A DNA stretch of 64,000 nt. Origin: an uncultured Bacteroides sp. (GTDB lineage Bacteria > Bacteroidota > Bacteroidia > Bacteroidales > Bacteroidaceae). Under the pieces are notes generated by a model that saw nothing but the letters and a program-made list of their open reading frames with translations, had not been told where the DNA came from and did no database searches. Of the stretch, positions 52,158-62,395 are shown in pieces. How positions within the stretch are numbered: position 1 is the first letter of the stretch; every line of letters starts with the position of its first letter. The translations under genes and the position numbers were made by a program. The stretch covers positions 237 through 64,236 of the forward strand of contig USLU01000022.1 of NCBI GenBank assembly GCA_900555635.1. Reading direction: 5' to 3'.

Positions 52158-53351
52158 TTAGTCCATTAAATTAGGTATCAGTTTTATTGCTTCCTCTTTC
52201 TTCTTGTCAACTATCTTTGCATATATTTGAGTAGTCGCAATGTTTTTATGCCCCAACAGCTTACTAACCGTATATAAATCAGCCCCTAATGTTAGCATCA
52301 TAGTTGCATGGGTATGGCGTGCTACGTGAAACGAGATATGCTTAATAACCCCTGCATCTTTCGCCCATTTTTGAAGTATTTTATTTATAGTCCCCTCATG
52401 CGTCAAAGGAAAAATCAAATCATCGCCTTTTGCTTCATTTTGTTGCGGCAGCCACTTTAACGCTTCATCGGATATAGGTAGATAAAGCGGTTCTTTGGTT
52501 TTCTGCATCTTGATTTCAATTCTTATTCTCTCACCGCTTTTCTGCAAATCGTTCCACTTCAAATTTCTTATATCGCTAACACGCAGCCCACACAAACAAC
52601 TGAAAAGAAAGGCTTGTTTCATTATCTCATATTTGCACTCTGTACCGATAAGTAGTTTCAACTCATCTATTGTCAAATACTCCCTGCGGCTGACTTCCGC
52701 TTTTACCTTACTGGCAAAATCAAACTCTTTTGTAGGATTCACCGTAATAATTCCCTCTTTATAGGCTCTATTTATAGCGGTACGCAGCACTCCATAGTAA
52801 GCAATAACGGAATTATTACTTAATACGCCCCCAGCCTTTAACAAACCAAACTTGCTTGCTTTCTTCGCTTGTTTCAAGAAATCCACAAAGCTATTTAAGA
52901 AGTCCTTATCTATATCACGAAAAGCGATATAATCCCCTCTGAACAACTTTAGTTCACGGATGGTATTACCAACAGTCTTTTCGTAATTCAAGCTGCCACG
53001 TTCTTTAGATTGGCTTCTCATGTTCACTAAATAATCAATCACATTCGCTTTTGACTTATTAGTGTTCTGAAAGCCATGTGCATCATTTTGCAACTCTACT
53101 ATCCGCTTGCTTTGAATGGCTTTTGCAAGAGCCAACGTAGCTTCGTTCTTCGCCTTATCCTCTCTTGTCTTCTCGGGTATAAGGTATAATTTCAAAAATT
53201 CATACTGCCGTTTACCGCCAACATAATTTTCTTTTCTAATAACATCACCAGTATAGTAATCCAAATAAATAGACTGGTTACCATTAGCAAGCTGCTTGAA
53301 TCTAATCCTTACGGGTTCTTTCAATTTAACTTCTTGTTTTTTCTTCGCCAT
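52158..53351 (-). CDS. Tyrosine integrase (arm-binding, SAM-like and catalytic domains)
   Basis: SIYLDYY arm domain; GLRVSDI, K..KT, FHVARHT, LGHKNIATTQIYAK. Confidence 0.95.
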   Translation of the reverse strand: MAKKKQEVKLKEPVRIRFKQLANGNQSIYLDYYTGDVIRKENYVGGKRQYEFLKLYLIPEKTREDKAKNEATLALAKAIQSKRIVELQNDAHGFQNTNKSKANVIDYLVNMRSQSKERGSLNYEKTVGNTIRELKLFRGDYIAFRDIDKDFLNSFVDFLKQAKKASKFGLLKAGGVLSNNSVIAYYGVLRTAINRAYKEGIITVNPTKEFDFASKVKAEVSRREYLTIDELKLLIGTECKYEIMKQAFLFSCLCGLRVSDIRNLKWNDLQKSGERIRIEIKMQKTKEPLYLPISDEALKWLPQQNEAKGDDLIFPLTHEGTINKILQKWAKDAGVIKHISFHVARHTHATMMLTLGADLYTVSKLLGHKNIATTQIYAKIVDKKKEEAIKLIPNLMD

Positions 53352-53364
53352 AATTATGTTCTTA

Positions 53365-53437
53365 TTTTGTTACCGATACAAATATAGCGATTTGTTTTGT
53401 TACTCCAATGAATACGGGTAACAAAATAGTAACAAAA
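53365..53437. repeat. Integrase arm-type sites (right), bracketing the int -7 box
   Basis: TTTTGTTAC at 53365 and 53395, GTAACAAAA at 53418 and 53429; TATATTTG (minus) at 53379-53386. Confidence 0.75.
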
Positions 53438-53529
53438 TGAAGGCATTTATTAGACTAAACAAGAAAACAAGGGAAATAAAGGAAATTACACTAAATAAAC
53501 ATAAAACATTTAATATCAATATCTTATAT

Positions 53530-54486
53530 TTAATGTTTTATCTCATTTTTTCTTTTCTTCCACAACTGCCAGCTATTGATGATGTTTTGCCACAATACAT
53601 ACGAACCGGGACCTACAGACGATAATGGATTTAAATATGTATAAGCCATCCATATAGCCAACACGGTATTCTTTTGCCCCAATGCCTGCCCACCACTGAT
53701 ACGTTCTTGATAGTGACCGCCAATTCTTTTACCCAAATAGAACTGAATACAACAAGTAATCAAACCGGCAAAAGCAATCATGACTTCCACATATACTGAT
53801 GCATCACTATTAATAAGAGAGCGTACCGTCTGCCCGGAAACAATGGCAAGTGCCACTGCCCACAAATAAAAGGCAGCATCCCGGCAACCTAATAAAAGAT
53901 GATGTATTTTCGGCATAAAGGCACGTAGAAACCAAGCCAAAAAGAAGGGACAAAGTAGCAATGGAAACACTTTACTTAAAATCTTCAGGAAAGCAGCAAC
54001 AAAAGTAATATCAGTATGAGGTTCCACCATTGGAAACACTATTGGAACAGCCACGGCAGCTAAAAGATTGGATAGCAAAGTATAAGTGGTTAAACTGGAT
54101 GCACTTCCTCCCAACTTTCCTGTAATAACAGCAGCAGCAGTAGCAGAAGGGCAGATTAGGCAGACCATTGCCCCCTCAAAAACTTCACGAGATGTTTCTT
54201 CCATAGGACAATAAACCAATAAAACTGCTACAATCAGACAAGAAACCGTTTGAAATATCAGTAGCCACGCATGCCATACTTTCGGTTTTAATTCGTGCAA
54301 CTCTACCTTACAAAATGTAAGCAACAATTGTGCAAAAATTAAAGTCGGAGTAAGAAAAGCCACCAAGCTATTTATACAAGGTTTAACTGATACAAAAAAG
54401 GGAATTCTTGCAAAGAAAAAATATCCCAGAGTGCCGGCGATCATCGCCAAAGGCAATGTCCAGTTCTTCAAAAAACGAAGAATCAT
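53530..54486 (-). CDS. Bile acid:sodium symporter-like transporter (3' end supplied by the element)
   Basis: About 10 TM, ICPSATAAAVITGKLGG, GQKNTVLAIW. Confidence 0.8.
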   Translation of the reverse strand: MILRFLKNWTLPLAMIAGTLGYFFFARIPFFVSVKPCINSLVAFLTPTLIFAQLLLTFCKVELHELKPKVWHAWLLIFQTVSCLIVAVLLVYCPMEETSREVFEGAMVCLICPSATAAAVITGKLGGSASSLTTYTLLSNLLAAVAVPIVFPMVEPHTDITFVAAFLKILSKVFPLLLCPFFLAWFLRAFMPKIHHLLLGCRDAAFYLWAVALAIVSGQTVRSLINSDASVYVEVMIAFAGLITCCIQFYLGKRIGGHYQERISGGQALGQKNTVLAIWMAYTYLNPLSSVGPGSYVLWQNIINSWQLWKKRKNEIKH

Positions 54487-54686
54487 ACCTATTTACTTTT
54501 TAAAATTAACTTGATGCAAAGTTACTTATATTATCTATAAGTTGAACCGTAACAATGAATAATTGGTTAGAATAGAAAAACATCTTTAGAGACTAAATCA
54601 GCCAAAAATGACCATGAAACCAACAAAACTTAAATACAAAGTATGAGTTTTCTATAAATTTCTACTACATTTGCAACAATTTTTAT

Positions 54687-55928
54687 ATGAAACTATATAG
54701 ACGCTACATATTATATATAAGTATATGCTTAGGGCTGCTTACCTCTCCCTTTGGAATCAGCAGTGCTATAGCTAAAGATTTTGTTGTCGTAATCGATGCA
54801 GGTCATGGCGGTCATGACCCGGGCGCAGTTGGTAAAATCTCCAAAGAGAAGAATATCAATCTTAGTGTTGCCCTAAAACTTGGCAAACAAATCAAGAAGA
54901 ACTGTTCCGATGTAAAAGTAATCTACACTCGGGAACGTGATGTATTTATCCCTCTGGATAGACGTGCGGAGATAGCAAACAATGCCAAAGCTGATTTATT
55001 CATTTCGATTCACACCAATGCCTTAGCCAATAACCGGGTGGCAAAGGGTGCATCTACCTGGACACTAGGTCTTGCAAAATCAGACGCTAATCTGGAAGTT
55101 GCCAAACGCGAGAACTCCGTTATTCTATACGAAAATGATTACAAGACCCGCTACGCAGGTTTTAACCCTAACTCTGCGGAATCTTATATTATCTTCGAGT
55201 TTATGCAAGACAAGTACATGTCACAAAGTGTACATTTAGCCTCGCTTGTACAAAGACATTTCCGTAATACATGCCAACGCGTTGACCGAGGAGTGCATCA
55301 AGCAGGTTTTCTGGTATTAAAAGCTAGTGCTATGCCTAGCATTTTAGTTGAGCTCGGATTCATCTCCACGCCGGAAGAAGAACGTTATTTAAACTCTGAA
55401 ACCGGAACAACCACTCTTGCCGACGGTATTTTCCGTGCATTCCTTGCTTACAAGCGTGAACAGGAAATACGGCTGAACGGAAGCAGCAATACCATTTTAC
55501 CTGAAGATGTACCCGATCCGGTGCAACAAGAAGTCACAGATACTGCTACTAATGAAACTCAGGAAAAAGAAAAATTGACTGAAAAAAGTACTCCCAAAAG
55601 TTCTCAACGCCCCCAACAAGTAGAAAAAGCAGCATCTTCTCAAACAGAAAGTAGTGGCATTGTGTTTAAAATACAAATACTTACTTCATCTAAGCCATTA
55701 TCCCAAAATGATAAAAGATTAAAAGGGTTGAAAGGCGTAGATTATTATAAGGAAGGCGGTATATATAAATACACTTATGGTGATTCGCCTGATTATAATA
55801 AAGTATTGCGAACCAAGCGTACCATTACAACTCAATTCAAAGACGCTTTCATCATCGCATTCAAAGATGGCAAAAAAATGAATGTTAACACCGCCATTAA
55901 TGAGTTTAAAAGAAAAAGAAACAAATAA
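54687..55928 (+). CDS. N-acetylmuramoyl-L-alanine amidase (Amidase_3)
   Basis: VIDAGHGGHDPGA, EK.INL, FISIHTNA, ILVELGFIS. Confidence 0.93.
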   Translation: MKLYRRYILYISICLGLLTSPFGISSAIAKDFVVVIDAGHGGHDPGAVGKISKEKNINLSVALKLGKQIKKNCSDVKVIYTRERDVFIPLDRRAEIANNAKADLFISIHTNALANNRVAKGASTWTLGLAKSDANLEVAKRENSVILYENDYKTRYAGFNPNSAESYIIFEFMQDKYMSQSVHLASLVQRHFRNTCQRVDRGVHQAGFLVLKASAMPSILVELGFISTPEEERYLNSETGTTTLADGIFRAFLAYKREQEIRLNGSSNTILPEDVPDPVQQEVTDTATNETQEKEKLTEKSTPKSSQRPQQVEKAASSQTESSGIVFKIQILTSSKPLSQNDKRLKGLKGVDYYKEGGIYKYTYGDSPDYNKVLRTKRTITTQFKDAFIIAFKDGKKMNVNTAINEFKRKRNK

Positions 55929-55942
55929 CAACAAGATACATC

Positions 55943-56854
55943 ATGAAGTATATCACTAAAGAAGTCAGAATAGGAATTGCCGGCATTGCTGCCCTTTGCA
56001 TATTAGTATATGGCATCAATTACCTGAAAGGCATTAATATGTTTAAGCCTTCCAGTTATTTCTATGTGAAGTTTCAAAATATAAATGGTCTGACCAAATC
56101 GAGCCCGGTATTTGCCGATGGATTTCGTGTAGGTATTGTACGTGATTTATATTATGATTATACACAACCGGGGAAAGTAGTTGCCGAAATAGACGTAAAT
56201 CCCGATTTGCGCATTCCGAAAGGAAGTACTGCTGAACTAACAGCTGAAATGTTGGGAGGAGTTAAAATGAACTTATTGCTTGCCAACAACCCCCGTGAAA
56301 AATATCAAATAGGTGATACTATCCCCGGAGTACTCAATAATGGCATGATGGAGAAAGTAGCCAACATGATGCCGGAAATAGAAAAAATGCTCCCAAAATT
56401 GGATTCAATTCTTGCTTCATTGAATACAGTAATGGCAGATCCCGCTATACCTGCAACATTGCATAACCTGCAAGTTCTAACCGCAAGTATGGCAGTAAGT
56501 AGCCACCAATTACAAATGCTTATGAAAAAAGATATCCCTCAATTAACAGGTAAGCTAAATACGATTGGGGACAACTTTATACTTGTTTCCAACAATTTAA
56601 AAGAAATAGACTTTGCTGCCGCTATGCAAAAAGTTGACTCTACGTTAGCAAATGTAAAAATGATTACAGATAAATTGAACCAAAAAGATAACACTATCGG
56701 TCTCTTGCTAAACGACCCGTCTCTTTACAATAACTTAAATGCGACGACGTCCAATGCAGCGAGCCTTTTAGAAGACCTGAAATTGCACCCCAAAAGGTAC
56801 GTTCATTTCTCTTTGTTTGGAAAGAAAGATAAGTCTGAAATCTCTATTAAATAG
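55943..56854 (+). CDS. MlaD/MCE-family protein
   Basis: N-terminal TM, GL..SSPV..DGF.VG.V, helical C-terminus ending DLKLHPKRYV. Confidence 0.88.
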   Translation: MKYITKEVRIGIAGIAALCILVYGINYLKGINMFKPSSYFYVKFQNINGLTKSSPVFADGFRVGIVRDLYYDYTQPGKVVAEIDVNPDLRIPKGSTAELTAEMLGGVKMNLLLANNPREKYQIGDTIPGVLNNGMMEKVANMMPEIEKMLPKLDSILASLNTVMADPAIPATLHNLQVLTASMAVSSHQLQMLMKKDIPQLTGKLNTIGDNFILVSNNLKEIDFAAAMQKVDSTLANVKMITDKLNQKDNTIGLLLNDPSLYNNLNATTSNAASLLEDLKLHPKRYVHFSLFGKKDKSEISIK

Positions 56855-57186
56855 AATTAGTCTAAATAAGCAAGTGGAAAATGAAATAAAAGAAAAGCCC
56901 TTAACTGCTCTATATAGAGAGCTAGAAAGCACTTTTCACACTTCTCCACACAAAGAAAATCCGAGACAACACTTAGATATAAAAACATATATATCAAGCA
57001 ATTATACAAATACAATAGTCCTAACACAAGGGCTATTTAAAGTCATTCCGATAAGTTACTGAGTGTAAAGTGCTTATTACTTTTTGGAGAAACGCAAGAA
57101 AAAAAGGATTTGTTTTTCTCGAATAAGATTACGAATTTTGCAAGCGTAGAAGTTTTGCTTAATTAATAAATGTATTTAGAGCCGTT

Positions 57187-58575
57187 ATGAGTGAAAAAGA
57201 TCATGTCGGGCTATGGAACCGCTGCCTTGAAATTATAAGAGACAATGTTCCGGAGCAGACATATAAAACATGGTTTCTTCCCATCGTGCCTTTAAAATAT
57301 GAGGACAAAACGCTGGTCGTACAAGTGCCCAGCCAGTTCTTCTATGAGTTTTTGGAAGATAAGTTTGTGGACTTATTGCGTAAAACTCTTTATAAGGTAA
57401 TAGGCAATGGAACGAAATTGATGTATAATGTCATGGTGGATAAGAGTTCCCGCCCTGAGAAAACCGTTAATTACGAATCAACTCATCGTACTATTATTCC
57501 ACAAAAACCGGTGATCGATAAAAGGATCCCGCAGATTCCGGTTCCAGAGCTTGATCCGCACTTGAATCCGGAATATAATTTTGAAACATTCATAGAAGGT
57601 TATAGCAACAAACTGTCACGTAGTGTGGCAGAAGCTGTTGCTCTCAATCCGGCTAAAACCATATTTAATCCACTATTCCTTCATGGTGCTTCAGGTGTAG
57701 GTAAGACTCACCTTGCCAATGCTATCGGAACAAAGATCAAAGAATTACACCCGGATAAAAGAGTGTTGTATGTATCTGCACATTTATTCCAAGTGCAATA
57801 CACTGACTCTGTGCGTAATAACACCACTAACGACTTTATCAACTTCTACCAAACCATCGATATATTGATTATTGATGATATTCAAGAATTTGCCGGAGTT
57901 ACTAAGACCCAAAATACATTTTTCCATATATTCAATCATTTACATCAAAACGGTAAACAGCTTATTCTGACTTCCGACCGTGCTCCTGTATTACTTCAAG
58001 GTATGGAAGAGCGTTTAATAACCCGTTTCAAATGGGGAATGGTTGCCGAATTAGAAAAGCCGACCGTAGAGCTGCGCAAAGACATTTTACGCAATAAAAT
58101 AAATCGTGACGGATTACAATTTCCACCGGAAGCAATCGACTATATTGCAGAAAACGTAGGAGACAGTGTACGCGATTTAGAAGGTATTGTCATCTCCATT
58201 ATGGCACATTCTACCATTTACAATAAAGAGATTGATTTGGAACTTACACAACGTATCGTCCGCAAAGTAACTAACTGTGAGAAGAAAGTGGTTACCATTG
58301 ATGATATCATAAAGACTGTATGTAAGCACTTCGGCTTAGATAATGCCACCATTCACACCAAGTCCAGAAAAAGAGAAGTAGTACAAGCCAGACAGATCGC
58401 TATGTATTTAGCCAAAAGCAACACTGAATTGTCTACATCTAAAATCGGAACTATGATTGGCAACAAAGATCACGCTACCGTATTGCATGCATGTAAGACC
58501 ATTAAAGAACTGAGAGAGGTTGACAAATCTTTCCGCGCAGAAATTGATGAGATTCAAGCAACACTGAGAAAATAG
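57187..58575 (+). CDS. dnaA: Chromosomal replication initiator DnaA
   Basis: [39 protein letters not shown]. Confidence 0.98.
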   Translation: MSEKDHVGLWNRCLEIIRDNVPEQTYKTWFLPIVPLKYEDKTLVVQVPSQFFYEFLEDKFVDLLRKTLYKVIGNGTKLMYNVMVDKSSRPEKTVNYESTHRTIIPQKPVIDKRIPQIPVPELDPHLNPEYNFETFIEGYSNKLSRSVAEAVALNPAKTIFNPLFLHGASGVGKTHLANAIGTKIKELHPDKRVLYVSAHLFQVQYTDSVRNNTTNDFINFYQTIDILIIDDIQEFAGVTKTQNTFFHIFNHLHQNGKQLILTSDRAPVLLQGMEERLITRFKWGMVAELEKPTVELRKDILRNKINRDGLQFPPEAIDYIAENVGDSVRDLEGIVISIMAHSTIYNKEIDLELTQRIVRKVTNCEKKVVTIDDIIKTVCKHFGLDNATIHTKSRKREVVQARQIAMYLAKSNTELSTSKIGTMIGNKDHATVLHACKTIKELREVDKSFRAEIDEIQATLRK

Positions 58576-58656
58576 TTATAAGTTATTAGTTATAAGTTAT
58601 TTGTTTGTGTTTGCATTGTAATAAGCAAATAACTTATAACTAATAACTTATAACTA
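58573..58656. repeat. Perfect 31-bp inverted repeat built from four AGTTATW heptamers
   Basis: tagttataagttattagttataagttatttg (58573-58603) / caaataacttataactaataacttataacta (58626-58656). Confidence 0.92.
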
Positions 58657-58657
58657 C

Positions 58658-59392
58658 TCAAAACCCTTGCTTCTTCATAACCTGCCAAAGATTCTCCGAC
58701 ATTGCTTCACTATCTTTCTTTGTATAACGGACATCCGTAAAGACTTGAGCCAATGTCTCTTTATTATTTTCTAAGATAAATTGTATATTCTCGGGCAATG
58801 ATTCTTTATAAGCATACAGGCGGTTAATATCCTCCGGAGTATAATCATGGTAAGTCTCGTTGTGAACAATCGCCTCCAAAGGCAAACGATCTACTTGCGA
58901 CGGAATTTCGGAAGGCCAGCCTACAGTTACAGTAGTAATAGGAAATACTAATTCAGGCAATTCCAAAGCTTCAATAATCATTTGAGGATTGTAAGTAGTA
59001 GTCCCTAAATAACAGATGCCTAATCCCTTTTCTTCTGCCGCAACACAGAAGGTCTGGGCAGCAAGCAATGCATCTACGGAACCAGTTACAAACCACTCAA
59101 AATTATTATATCCGGGTTCCGCCTTACGTTGTTCGCACCATTTACTGAATCGGCGTAAGTCAATGCAAAAAGTAAGTACTACCGGAGCTGTTTGCACCAT
59201 TGGTTGGTTAAAATGCGCAGGAGCCAATTTCGCTTTACGCTCTGCATCGCGAGTAACAATTACGCTATAAACTTGCATATTCCCGACCGTAGAAGCCCGG
59301 AAAGATGTTTCAAGCAAATCATTTAACAATTCAGAAGAAATTTCTTTCTGCTGATACTTTCGGATAGTTCTCCTTTGTTTCAAGCTTTCCAT
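58658..59392 (-). CDS. Nitroreductase/NADPH-flavin oxidoreductase (NfsA/Frp-like)
   Basis: RRTIRKY, ASTVGNMQ.YS, DA.LAAQ..CVAAE..GLGICYLG, RLP; start MESLK. Confidence 0.88.
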   Translation of the reverse strand: MESLKQRRTIRKYQQKEISSELLNDLLETSFRASTVGNMQVYSVIVTRDAERKAKLAPAHFNQPMVQTAPVVLTFCIDLRRFSKWCEQRKAEPGYNNFEWFVTGSVDALLAAQTFCVAAEEKGLGICYLGTTTYNPQMIIEALELPELVFPITTVTVGWPSEIPSQVDRLPLEAIVHNETYHDYTPEDINRLYAYKESLPENIQFILENNKETLAQVFTDVRYTKKDSEAMSENLWQVMKKQGF

Positions 59393-59626
59393 TCTTTCTT
59401 TTTCCTGCAAATATAGAAAAAGAATTCCAATTTGTCATTTAAGCACTGCATAAAAACAGAATATACTTTTCAACATTCGGAAAACCTTTTCTACTTACTA
59501 TTTGTTCATAAAATACTTTTTGGAAAACTTTCTCGTTTTATAAAAAGTACAATTTACTAGAAGACAACTAATTAACAACTAAGAGTAGAAAACTTTCAAT
59601 CGGTTAATAAAAACTCTCATTTTTAT

Positions 59627-59657
59627 TTTGCCAAATTGAAAATCCTTCCTAGCTTTG
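59627..59657 (+). promoter_or_regulatory. Consensus promoter of nrdJ
   Basis: TTTG, 19-nt spacer, TAGCTTTG. Confidence 0.65.
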
Positions 59658-59733
59658 CAATCTCATTTGTTAATAATAAGTATGACTTCTACAAAATTAC
59701 TTATTTGCAACTAATTCTAAGAATTTCAGCATC

Positions 59734-62271
59734 GTGGAAAAGAAAAATTATTCTTATGACGAAGCCTACGAAGAATCTTTACGATACTTCCAAGGTGACG
59801 AGTTGGCTGCCAGAGTTTGGGTAAACAAATACGCAGTCAAAGATTCTTTCGGAAATATTTATGAGAAATCTCCGGAAGACATGCATTGGAGAATTGCCAA
59901 TGAAGTAGCTCGAATTGAAGCTAAGTACCCCAATCCATTGAGTTCAGAGGAACTTTTCGGTTTGCTTGATCATTTTAAGTATATCGTTCCGCAAGGAAGT
60001 CCGATGACTGGAATTGGTAATAACTATCAGGTAGCCTCTCTATCCAACTGTTTTGTAATCGGCGTGGATGGTGAAGCTGACTCTTACGGTGCTATCTTTA
60101 AAATAGACGAAGAACAAGTACAACTAATGAAGCGTCGTGGTGGTGTCGGACATGACTTGTCACACATACGTCCCAAAGGTTCTCCGGTAAAGAATTCAGC
60201 ATTGACCTCTACCGGCCTGGTGCCATTCATGGAGCGTTATTCCAACTCAACCCGCGAAGTTGCCCAAGACGGACGTCGTGGCGCATTAATGTTGAGTGTA
60301 TCCATCAAGCATCCTGATTCAGAAGCATTTATTGATGCCAAGATGACAGAAGGCAAAGTTACGGGAGCCAATGTTTCTGTAAAGTTAGCAGACGCTTTCA
60401 TGGAAGCAGCTATTGCAGGAAAACCGTTTGTACAACAATATCCGATCGACGCAACCGAACCTACTTTCAAAAAGGAGATCGATGCAGCCAGCTTATGGAA
60501 AAAGATTGTACACAACGCATGGAAATCAGCCGAACCAGGTGTACTCTTTTGGGATACTATTCTTAGAGAATCTGTACCCGATTGCTACGCAGATCTAGGA
60601 TACCGTACAGTTTCCACTAATCCATGTGGAGAAATTCCGTTGTGTCCGTATGATTCTTGCCGTCTGCTCGCCATCAATTTATATTCTTATGTAGTCAATC
60701 CATTCAAACCAGATGCTTACTTTGATTTTGAACTATTCAAAAAACATGTAGCTTTGGCGCAAAGAATCATGGATGATATCATCGACCTTGAATTGGAAAA
60801 GATCGAACGTATCATGGATAAGATTGATTCTGACCCCGAAAGTGAGGACGTAAGACGTACTGAACGCATATTGTGGCAGAAGATTTATAAGAAGAGTGCT
60901 CAAGGACGCCGTACAGGTGTCGGTATCACTGCCGAGGGTGACATGCTCGCAGCATTAGGTTTGCGCTATGGAACCGAAGAAGCTACCGAATTTTCCGAAA
61001 AAGTACACAAAACGGTTGCCTTGAATGCTTACCGTTCTTCGGTAGTAATGGCAAAAGAACGCGGTGCTTTTGAAATCTATGATACAGAACGCGAAAAAAA
61101 CAATCCTTTCATCAACCGTTTGCGTGAAGCTGATCCGGAATTGTACGAAGAGATGAAGAAGTATGGTCGTCGTAATATTGCATGTCTTACTATTGCCCCG
61201 ACCGGTACTACCAGTTTGATGACTCAAACAACTTCCGGCATTGAACCGGTGTTCTTGCCTGTATACAAACGCCGCCGCAAAGTAAATCCGAACGATACAA
61301 ACGTTCATGTGGATTTCGTTGACGAAACAGGTGACGCTTTCGAAGAATACATCGTATTCCATCCTAAGTTCGTTACCTGGATGGAAGCACAAGGCTACAA
61401 TCCTGCCAAGAAGTATTCTCAGGAAGAAGTGGATGCCATGGTAGCAAAGTCACCTTATTATAAAGCAACATCCAATGATGTAGACTGGCTGATGAAAGTC
61501 AAGATGCAAGGACGTATTCAGAAATGGGTAGACCACTCTATTAGCGTAACTATCAACTTACCGAGTGATGTCGATGAGGATTTAGTGAATCGCTTATATG
61601 TAGAGGCATGGAAGTCAGGTTGCAAAGGATGTACAGTATACCGTGACGGTTCTCGTTCCGGAGTACTTATCTCAACAAAAAGCGACAAGAAAGAAGAGCT
61701 TCCTCCGTGCAAACCACCTACGGTCGTTGAAACTCGCCCCAGAGTTTTGGATGCAGACATTGTACGCTTCCAGAACAACAAAGAGAAGTGGGTAGCATTT
61801 GTCGGTTTGCTGGATAATCATCCATATGAAATCTTCACCGGTGTGCTGGATGATGACGAAGGAATCATATTACCGAAGAATGTAACATCCGGTCATATCA
61901 TCAAGAATGTAGATGAAAACGGAAACAAACGTTACGACTTCCAGTTTGAGAACAAGCGCGGATACAAGGTTACAATCGAAGGCCTTTCGGAGAAGTTCAA
62001 CAAAGAATACTGGAACTATGCTAAGCTGATTTCAGGTGTGTTGCGTTACCGTATGCCTATTGAACAAGTAATGAAGTTGGTAGCTTCTCTGCAATTGGAC
62101 AGCGAAAACATCAACACTTGGAAGAATGGCGTAGAACGTGCTTTGAAGAAATATGTAACGGACGGCACAGAAGCCAAAGGCAAGAAATGCCCGAATTGCG
62201 GTAACGAAACCTTGGTTTATCAAGAAGGTTGTCTTATCTGCAAAACATGTGGAACATCTCGTTGTGGATAA
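59734..62271 (+). CDS. nrdJ: Adenosylcobalamin-dependent (class II) ribonucleotide reductase
   Basis: SNCFV, TNPCGEI, TIAPTGTTS, KGCTVYRDGSR, C-terminal CxxC..CxxC ribbon; GTG start. Confidence 0.93.
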   Translation: MEKKNYSYDEAYEESLRYFQGDELAARVWVNKYAVKDSFGNIYEKSPEDMHWRIANEVARIEAKYPNPLSSEELFGLLDHFKYIVPQGSPMTGIGNNYQVASLSNCFVIGVDGEADSYGAIFKIDEEQVQLMKRRGGVGHDLSHIRPKGSPVKNSALTSTGLVPFMERYSNSTREVAQDGRRGALMLSVSIKHPDSEAFIDAKMTEGKVTGANVSVKLADAFMEAAIAGKPFVQQYPIDATEPTFKKEIDAASLWKKIVHNAWKSAEPGVLFWDTILRESVPDCYADLGYRTVSTNPCGEIPLCPYDSCRLLAINLYSYVVNPFKPDAYFDFELFKKHVALAQRIMDDIIDLELEKIERIMDKIDSDPESEDVRRTERILWQKIYKKSAQGRRTGVGITAEGDMLAALGLRYGTEEATEFSEKVHKTVALNAYRSSVVMAKERGAFEIYDTEREKNNPFINRLREADPELYEEMKKYGRRNIACLTIAPTGTTSLMTQTTSGIEPVFLPVYKRRRKVNPNDTNVHVDFVDETGDAFEEYIVFHPKFVTWMEAQGYNPAKKYSQEEVDAMVAKSPYYKATSNDVDWLMKVKMQGRIQKWVDHSISVTINLPSDVDEDLVNRLYVEAWKSGCKGCTVYRDGSRSGVLISTKSDKKEELPPCKPPTVVETRPRVLDADIVRFQNNKEKWVAFVGLLDNHPYEIFTGVLDDDEGIILPKNVTSGHIIKNVDENGNKRYDFQFENKRGYKVTIEGLSEKFNKEYWNYAKLISGVLRYRMPIEQVMKLVASLQLDSENINTWKNGVERALKKYVTDGTEAKGKKCPNCGNETLVYQEGCLICKTCGTSRCG

Positions 62272-62313
62272 GACTGCAACAAGCACAAACGTTTGCATAG
62301 GATTTTAAATGAC

Positions 62314-62390
62314 TTAGATATTAATAGCTGCATGATTATGAGGAATATTTTCTATACTTGCATAATCATTGCAGCTATTTCTAAATCTAA
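62314..62390. repeat. Inverted repeat in the malQ upstream region
   Basis: aatagctgcatgattatg (62323-62340) / cataatcattgcagctatt (62361-62379), outer ttagat/atctaa. Confidence 0.75.
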
Positions 62391-62395
62391 TATAT

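Larger units (their letters stand above)
43305..53594. mobile_element. Integrative mobilisable element (~10.3 kb; NBU-like architecture with a MobV relaxase)
   Basis: 13-bp direct repeat atgttttgccaca at 43305-43317 and 53582-53594; integrase, HTH, ATPase, primase, oriT-like region and relaxase lie between; AT-rich cargo. Confidence 0.92.

Noticed and set aside
43305..53594. Prophage or self-transmissible ICE
   Set aside because: No structural, lysis or tra/T4SS genes; only integration, replication-like and mobilisation functions
56855..57186. oriC upstream of dnaA
   Set aside because: Only weak DnaA-box-like matches (cttttcaca at 56932, ttctccaca at 56942) and no box cluster; dnaA without an adjacent dnaN is normal in Bacteroides
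59411..59733. Cobalamin riboswitch before nrdJ
   Set aside because: No recognisable B12-box or conserved core; the promoter lies only about 75 bp before the start
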